From: the human T2T-CHM13v2.0 reference genome, Homo sapiens
Reading direction: 5' to 3' (one strand)
DNA length: 64,000 nt
Assembly (NCBI RefSeq): GCF_009914755.1
Contig: NC_060941.1
Position numbers and translations under genes: made by a program. The notes under the pieces were generated by a model. It saw only the letters and a program-made list of their open reading frames with translations, ran no database searches and had not been told where the DNA came from. Every line of letters starts with the position of its first letter. Positions within the stretch are counted from its first letter, which is position 1. Positions 56,662 through 64,000 of this stretch are shown piece after piece.

Positions 56662-58852
56662 TCAGTCTGTAGCACCTAGTTGAAACTGAAGTTGAATGAA
56701 ACAATTATGCATCAAAAAATGAAAACTATGTTCCATTCTTCACATGCAAAGTACAGAAAATAGTTTGTCTTAGAGATCAGAATATGGATAGATTGCCATA
56801 GGCTATATCATCCTTGGAAGACTGTGTAGCAGAATCAATTCTCAAATATACACATGGATGATTCACAATAAAGATTATTGAAAAGGTCAGAGCAAACAAT
56901 CTTGTGGGCTTTGAATGGCAATTGGATGATTTCTGGGACTCAGCAAAATTACTGTTGTAGTGTATTTTGTTCATGCTGGTATTCAAGAAGGTCTGTATTG
57001 CTCTAATACTCATTGACTGCTGGCCAGAAAGGCAAACCCTAGATTAGGAAGATGAAGCTTACTGGGAACAAACACTGGTTGAAAATCAATCTACCAAAGG
57101 GATAAACCACTGACTAATAATCACATCTAATAAAATAGCAAAGAAAAACATGTTTGCCAGAACTCCAGAAGCAGGCTGACTGGCTAAGTGGAACTGCTCT
57201 CCAAAAGAGAATCAGGTACAGCTGGAGACTGAATGCAGTAGGTTCCATAGGGGGACAGATATAAGACAGCAAAGTTTGCAGAGTGACAGTGGTTGATATG
57301 GCAAAGGCAATATCCTCATGCTGGGAAATCCTAACCAAGGACTCAGAAATGGAACCAAATACAATGTAAGTGGTTGGTCATCATCTTATCATGTTCACTG
57401 TTGTCTGTACAATCCAGAAGAAAGTAAACTTGAGGGACCTTGTAGGATATGGATAAAGACTTTGGCTTTTCTTGCAGATGAGATTGGAAGCCATCAGAGG
57501 AGTGCTATAAACTGGACTCGAAATATTAAAAAGTCCTCTGGCTGGTCCATTAACATTTGACTAATAGGGCAAGAAGAGGTATGTTATTTAAAGGGTGCTT
57601 CAATAATCCAGATGAGAGCTGTCAGTGGCTCGGACCAGGGTAGTGACAACAGAGGTGGTCAGAAGTACCACATGTGAACATGGTATATTAGGCATAATGC
57701 CAATATAAATGAATTTTTTTCAATGAATTTATATGTAATTGTAGTTCTGAAACTACTCATCTGTATTCTCTTGCCATCATCTCCATTTTCCCACTCCTGA
57801 TAACTGAAGAGGGTTATCATCCTTGCCTGAAAACATCTTACTTGAACCCTTAAAAATAATAGCGGGTTTTTAATGTTTACGAATAGAGACAATGTAAACC
57901 AACCTTTAAAAAAAATAGATGAGGAGTATTTTTGAAGACTAAAGTGAAACAAACAAATGGAAAGAAACTAACACTGCTCTGCATTATACTGTCCAAAGCA
58001 CTTTTGAGGGATACTTTTGGATTATATAATTTTTAAGAAGATTTATTGATTGTCAAGTTGGTTTTTATTTTGTTGCATAAAATCATTCTATTCAAAATTA
58101 TTTTCCAAATATAATTTTCTTATATATCCATGTAAAAGCAAATAAAACTGTACTGTATTATTATAAAATGATACATTAATTATTGATATAAACAAAAAAG
58201 CAGAAATAAGAGTAATTATTTTTACATAGATCAATTTATTAATTTACTTAAATCAGTTTCTTAGTCATATCTATCACTAATAATGTGTTAAAGGTATTTT
58301 TCTTAAAGTCTTTTTTGATACACCCTTATTATTTTTAATTTCTAAAATAAAATTACATGCTCACCTTCAGTGTTCCATTTTATATTTGATGTATTTAAAA
58401 TTATTTACACCTTCCATTGACTCTTCTCTGTAGACCATAATATTTTTAATGGAGAAAATCTCTCTCGACAAAAGTTGAGGTATCTATTAAGCACACAGCA
58501 AGTTCTAGTAAATGGATATAATTATCTTTCTCATTTTTTCATCCTGCATAAATATTTCAGAACAAATATTTGTATGGGTACTGCACTTTTGCTTTAATTG
58601 ATACTTTTCTTCAATGAATAATTATCAAATGTTTCTGATTATTTCTGATTATGTTTATCCTCTAATTGTGATTATTCTGTATACTTTGTCAACTTTAGAT
58701 ATTGTAACTTTATAGACCTTTGCAATTTCCTGTCATCCTAGCAGAGAAGCTAAGTTTTTCCAATTAACTAAAAAGTGTCACCAAAGTATTCTTCCCAGTG
58801 TCATCATATTCCAAAGTGTAATTATCAAATTTCTCAATGACATTTCTTACAC

Positions 58853-59794
58853 CAGTGCTTCTCAAATTTTGATGTGAACACAAACGCCCCAGAAATCCTA
58901 TGAAATGAAGATTGGGATTAAGTAGGTCTGAGGTGGAAGAGATTCTGCATTTCTACCAAGTTCCCAGGTGATGCTAATGTTACCCAGTGTTACTGGGGGG
59001 TCCTTGCTCTCAAAGCTGCCAAGATGGTGGCTGGCCACTTCCAAAATGGCAGCGGGCCACTCCTAAGATGGTGGCAAGCCTCGTGTTCTCTGACCTGGGG
59101 TTCTTGGCCTCACAGATTCCAAGGAATGGAATCTTGGGCCATGTGGTGAGTGTTATCGCTCTATTAGAAGTTGTAGGTCATGGAAGAGAACCGTGGAACC
59201 CAGTGACTAGTGTTCAGCTCGATTAGGACAAACCTAGGCACTTAGCCATGCAGGAACAATGGCAAGCCTTTAGCCCAATCGGGAGTGGAAATGGGCACCT
59301 CCCTGGATCAGGAGCACCCTGGACACCCTGCTGGATCTGGAGGGATGGAAGTCAGTGGCGGGTCTGTGACGGCGGCAAACAGCAGTGGTGGACGGCGAGC
59401 GAAAGCTCAGCTCCAGCCATAACAAACACGGACCAGAAGACTGCAGTTGCAAGATTTAATAGAGTGAAACAGAGTGAAAACAGAGCTCCCATACAAAGGG
59501 AGGGGACCCAAAGGGGGTTGCTGTTTGCCAGCTGGAATGCCTGGGTTTATATCCCAATCCTTGTCCCCCCCACTGTGCTCTCAGGCAATAGATGATTGAC
59601 TATTTCTTTTCCTCCTGTTTTAGCCTAATTAGCATTTTAGTGAGCTCTCTGATTGGTTGGGTGTGAGCTAAGTTGCAAGCCCTGTGTTTAAGCTGGATGC
59701 GATCACCTTCCCAGCTAGGCTTAGGGATTCTTAGTCCGCCTGGGAAATCCAGCTAGTCCTGTCTGTCACGAGGACCACACTTTAAATAGCAAAG
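58853..59794. mobile_element. MER5A-type element split by LTR17 (58853-58987 and 59769-59794)
   Basis: cagtgcttctcaaa...ttctgcatttctaccaagttcccaggtgatgctaatg | gaccacactttaaatagc. Confidence 0.85.
58988..59768 (-). mobile_element. HERV-W solo LTR (LTR17), complete, 781 bp
   Basis: Minus strand starts TGACAGACAGGACTAGCTGGATTTCC and ends in CA. TATA at 59546-59551, ATTAAA at 59455-59460. 4-bp flanks ccag and cgag. Confidence 0.93.
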
Positions 59795-60906
59795 TTACAA
59801 TGTTACAATGTCGGCTTTTGCTCTTGTGTTTATACAGTTACTCTTTTCCTTTTCGAAAGAACAATTTTAGCGACTTCTCTTTTGCTTGCTAAGTACTTCC
59901 AAAGCTGCAGATTTTTTTTGAATTGATGTGTTAAATATTTTGATTAAAGATTTTCAACTGATTTTGAATAAAATGCAACCAAAACTTAAGACTTACTTTA
60001 AAAATTTTTACTCCCATTACCATCACAAAGCATTTAGTTTGTTTTAAGGAGTAGCTCATCGCAAATTCAAATATTTCAAAACTCTGATGCTGGCTAAAAG
60101 AGGTAAGCATGTATTGCCAATGAGCCAAAATGCCAGGACAGTTTTTAAAAAGTAATACTATCTTCTCAAAAAAAGTTGCAGTTTTTACTTTAAGTAAATT
60201 TATATGGCAACATTTAGTATTTTTATATCTACAGCTTCCATTTTTACTGGTAGATAGCATAGATTTAGATGTAATTATAAATTATATATGACCTATATCA
60301 AATTCCAAGTACATTTCTGCTCCCTGGCCTATTAATTTAATAAGAACGTTATTTTCACCAATACACTGTACTCTACTAAAATCTGTGCTCATATTTTTTC
60401 CAAAAACAAATATTTTCTATTAATTGTTAATATATTTAATTAAAATTATAATAATAGCATTCACAATACTGTCAAATGTTGTAACTTTGACAGAAGGACT
60501 GTGATTCCATTCATTGTGACTTCAAAGAATCAACTATTACTAAATTTATCTTAATTCATTTTTAACTTGAAGCATTTGCTGATATTGAGAAAAAAAGTGG
60601 CATCATTTCAATCTTTGCAAAGTATTTCTGCTGATGAAGTAATCATATTAATAGTTATTTCTTTACTTTTAGTATGTTCACAGGGAAAGTTGGAATCAAT
60701 AATGAAATAATGTAATGCAGTCAGCTGATCTAGATGAAAAGTCATGTTTCACAGAATGAGATGTAAGTGCACTTTCTGCAGCTGTATGTGCTAACATTAT
60801 TGTGACCAGGACAGGATAGTTTTCTTAAAAGTAACCATTAACATTTGAAGTAGATCCTGATGCTTTCTTAGCATATTTATGACTCTGGTTTATCATAATA
60901 ATCCCT

Positions 60907-61313
60907 TGTATTAGTCTGTTTATACACTGCTACAATGAACTGCCAACTGGATAATCTACAAAGGAAAGAGGTTTAATTCACTCACAGTTCAGCATGAGGT
61001 TTAGTTGACTCACAGCTCAGCATGGCTGGATAGGCCTCAGGAAACTTACAATCATGGCTGAAAGGGAAGGGGAAGCAAGGCACCTTCTTCACAAGTTGGC
61101 AGGAAGGAGAATGAATACAGGAGGAGCTACCAAACACTTATAAAACCATCAGAACTAGTGAGAACTCATTCACTATCACAAGAGCAGCATGGGGAGACTG
61201 CCCTCATGATTCAATTACCTCCACTTGGGCCATCTCTTGACATGTGGGAATTATGGGGATTGTGGGGATTACAATTCAAGAGATTTTGGGTGGAGCACAG
61301 CCAAACCATATCA
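60907..61313 (-). mobile_element. THE1C/D solo MaLR LTR
   Basis: tgtattagtctg...cagccaaaccatatca; 5-bp TSD tccct / tcccc. Confidence 0.9.
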
Positions 61314-62236
61314 TCCCCTTAATGGATAATAATTGTCAACAAATATCTTATTGGAGTTTCACATTCACTAAGTGTTTAAGAAATAAAAATTTATATTTAA
61401 TTTCTTATTAAATATACATTATTCTTTTTGCTTTAACTCATTGCTGCCAAGAATTCATTGAAAACATTTTTTAAAAGCATAAATAGTAAAAAATAAATTG
61501 CTGTAGCGTTACCATTAAATAGATGACAAAAATCATTGTAGCAACAGCATTCCAACTACTCTCTATTTCCCTACATATTGCACATGTATCTAACCTATAA
61601 GTTTGCATGTTTCCCACTGTCTGCAACCGTGATCTGGTTCTTTATTTATCTAGCATCCCAAGGCAGGACCACGGCAATTCACCAAGTGGCCAGCAGAGAT
61701 AGCAACAAAACAACACCTCTCCCAACAACACCTAAAAGTAGGTGTTAGTTATCTCTAGCTTCTCCAAAAAGAGTCTACTTTATTTCACCAACAGGAACCC
61801 TTAATGCTGTCAATGAAAGGAAGGATTTAGGGTGTTAGTTAACATGCATTTTCAAAGGGCCAGAATAGAGAAATGTGGCATCACTAGTCCATTTTTTACA
61901 TTAACTACATGTTAAAGTGAAACCTCTGTTCACTGCACATGCAACTCACAGTTGGCATGGCAGAAGAGGGAAATAGAAATGAAATCAACCAAATGCACAC
62001 TGCTTATTTTAATGCAGCTGTCAATATAACACTATGCTTAAAAATGAAAAATCTAAGAAAAACACTAAAGCAAACTGGGTATTGTGATTATAGCCATAAA
62101 CCAGAACTGCCTCAGGCAAAACAAGAGGTAGAGTATTTCTAATTATACTGTGAAGTACAATCCTTGCTGTAAGAAAAACAATCTCTCAACTTATTAGGGC
62201 AGTTAGGAAAACGTTTCTCTTGTGCATAAAGGATGT

Positions 62237-62700
62237 AGATGGAAGGCAGTTATCTTTGCTTATAGGACAAATTTGGCCGGCAGACATATTTTGTTGGCTC
62301 ACACAGAGTTGTTTTTGACTTGAATTACTTGCAAAAAATTAAATTGGAAGATTTCACATAGAATTGTGGCTTCTCTTGAAAAAAAATGCAAGATCTGACA
62401 ACTCTAAGCTTGAATTTCCACATACTGAAAATCAGCGATAGTGTCACAAAACTACATTATTTTATAAACTCAAAGGGCACCACTTAGCTTGTATCCTAAG
62501 TAAAATTAATACAATGAAATTGTACCTATGTTATATAAATATGCCAACCCCCTGGAATTGAGCAACTCCTAGTGCCCTGAGGTCTATGAAGGATACCTTT
62601 AGAAGAAATAAGTAGTCTTTGGTTTGCCACAATTCCTACCCCACTTAATTAATTCACTTCACTGCTTGGTCAAGTAAGCAATTGAATTTTTTACTTTTGG
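62237..62700. mobile_element. MER102-like hAT-Charlie element
   Basis: aaatttggccggcagacatattttgttggctcacac, ggcttctcttgaaa...agatctgacaac, tttgccacaattcctacc. Confidence 0.6.
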
Positions 62701-62908
62701 TTTAGACTACACTCTTCCTAAGAATTGTTTGTTTTTTAAAGGTAAAGATTCCTCTCTGTCTGATTTTATAGTTAGTCACTAGACAACCCAGTGTATCTTA
62801 AACTCCCACTTCTGGAGAATATTCAAAGGGAATTGCCTTACACCATCCTGCATTGTTGTGTAGGTTTTGAGTGATAAAGCCACTCATACCCTATTACTCT
62901 TTGCCAGA

Positions 62909-62996
62909 GGCTGGTCTCAAACTCCTGACCTCATGATAACGCCTGCCTCAGCCTCCCAAAGAGCTCAGATTATAAGTGTGAGCCACTGGGCCCAGC
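62909..62996 (-). mobile_element. Alu 5' fragment only (no tail)
   Basis: ggctggtctcaaactcctgacctc...gtgagccactgggcccagc. Confidence 0.85.
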
Positions 62997-63552
62997 ATAT
63001 GCTAAAGTTTTGACACCATAAGCATTATACCAGTCATTCCCATTGCCAGTTTAAATGTACACCCTTGTTTAAAAGGCTGGAATGCATCTTAGTGAATAAG
63101 GTATATTAAATAATGTCAATACACAGCTTGTTAAAGCTGACAATGGATCCTCAGAAGGTGTCAAACAGGAGCAGAACACAGCCTTTATCCTGCCCCAGGT
63201 TGCTTAAAGCTGAAGTGTGGTAAATTGGGCATGTCTGAAATGGAACTGTCAAGCTTAGAAGGTCTAATATTGAATCTTTCCATACAGATCTCAAACAGAC
63301 TAACATATCTGGGCACTTGAACTTTTCTTGGGTTACAAAGTACCTGAAAAATAATACTTATGAGAGTTACTAAAAATGCCCTGTGAGACAAAGGAGCAAG
63401 TAAAATTATTACATGACAAATTATGTCCTTCTACAAATATCCATAGATTCTAGGCAATTTCCTTTCACAGTTTAATTCCAAGGATGCAAATAAGGCAAAT
63501 AAGTTTCCCTTTGAAGATTACCTTCCTTCCCTGATGCTTCATGATGGCTGTC

Positions 63553-63855
63553 TTTTTTATATTCTTGAGAAAAAGTGTTACTCTGCTGTCACCCAGGCTG
63601 AAGTGCAGTGGCATAATCATAGCTCACTGCAGCCTTGACCTCTTGAGCTTAAGTGATCCTCCCACCTCAGTCTCCTGAGTAGCTAGGAATACAGGCACAC
63701 GCCACCATGCCTAGCTAAATTTTTATTTTTATTTTGTAGACATAGTGTCTCAGTAGGTTGCCCAGGCTGGACTCAAACTCCTGGCTTCCTGCAATTCTCC
63801 CACCTCAGCCTCCTCAAAGTGCTGGGATTATAGGCATGAGCCACTGTGCCTGGCC
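63553..63855 (-). mobile_element. AluJ-like element with TSD
   Basis: TSD at(g/t)atggctgtctt at 63541-63554 and 63856-63869. Confidence 0.94.
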
Positions 63856-64000
63856 ATTATGGCTGTCTTGAGCACTGAGTTGAAAAGGCATCTGAGGCCA
63901 CTTCTAGGCTAAAGCTAGAGTATCACAGTCCAGGCTGGCCAGGGAGGTCTGGGTAAATGCTGTCAGCACAGAGTCCAGGTGCTGGCTGTGGACTGAACTT

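Larger units (their letters stand above)
57810..61720 (-). mobile_element. BLACKJACK (hAT-Blackjack) transposon fossil with degenerate transposase
   Basis: Minus-strand peptide remnants AAESALTSHSVKHDFSSRSADC (~60716-60781), LKFWLHFIQNQLKIFNQNI (~59934-59990) and LKILWSTEKSQWKV (~58408-58450) match the recalled Blackjack transposase in the correct order. Ends approximate. Confidence 0.75.

Noticed and set aside
56777-57013. Faint resemblance of the 78-aa minus ORF to a non-LTR reverse transcriptase
   Set aside because: No QG or YADD motif; similarity is at chance level.
61678-61705. CTCF-like motif
   Set aside because: Key core positions mismatch in both registers.
63185-63345. Minus-strand acceptor plus 52 codons as a last coding exon
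   Set aside because: Peptide not recognised and no supported upstream exon.

Overview
Primate (human-like), AT-rich genomic DNA made mostly of interspersed repeats. I can support no host protein-coding gene, tRNA, rRNA or CRISPR array. All long ORFs belong to LINE-1 or other repeats. Main structures: (i) a full-length old L1 (L1MA/L1M1-type, ~20776-34495, +) with a candidate TSD, interrupted by a full-length L1PA6-like element (24795-30949), a short L1PA 3' end and an AluS; (ii) a full-length L1PA8-like element (43141-49540, -) inserted in a MIR; (iii) a near-complete hAT BLACKJACK transposon fossil (~57810-61720, -) interrupted by MER5A, a complete HERV-W LTR17 solo LTR and a THE1 LTR; (iv) a piggyBac-derived MER85 MITE retaining the CSB-PGBD3-binding palindrome; (v) many Alu, MIR, L2, MaLR/ERVL LTR and DNA-transposon pieces. 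The best leads are an open, extended L1 ORF0, an intact ORF2 endonuclease domain, the MER85 site, a short L1 3' transduction, a twin-priming inversion and two candidate minus-strand exons. I found no convincing undescribed system. Family and subfamily names come from recalled consensus sequences and need Dfam/RepeatMasker confirmation. Boundaries of old repeats are approximate.
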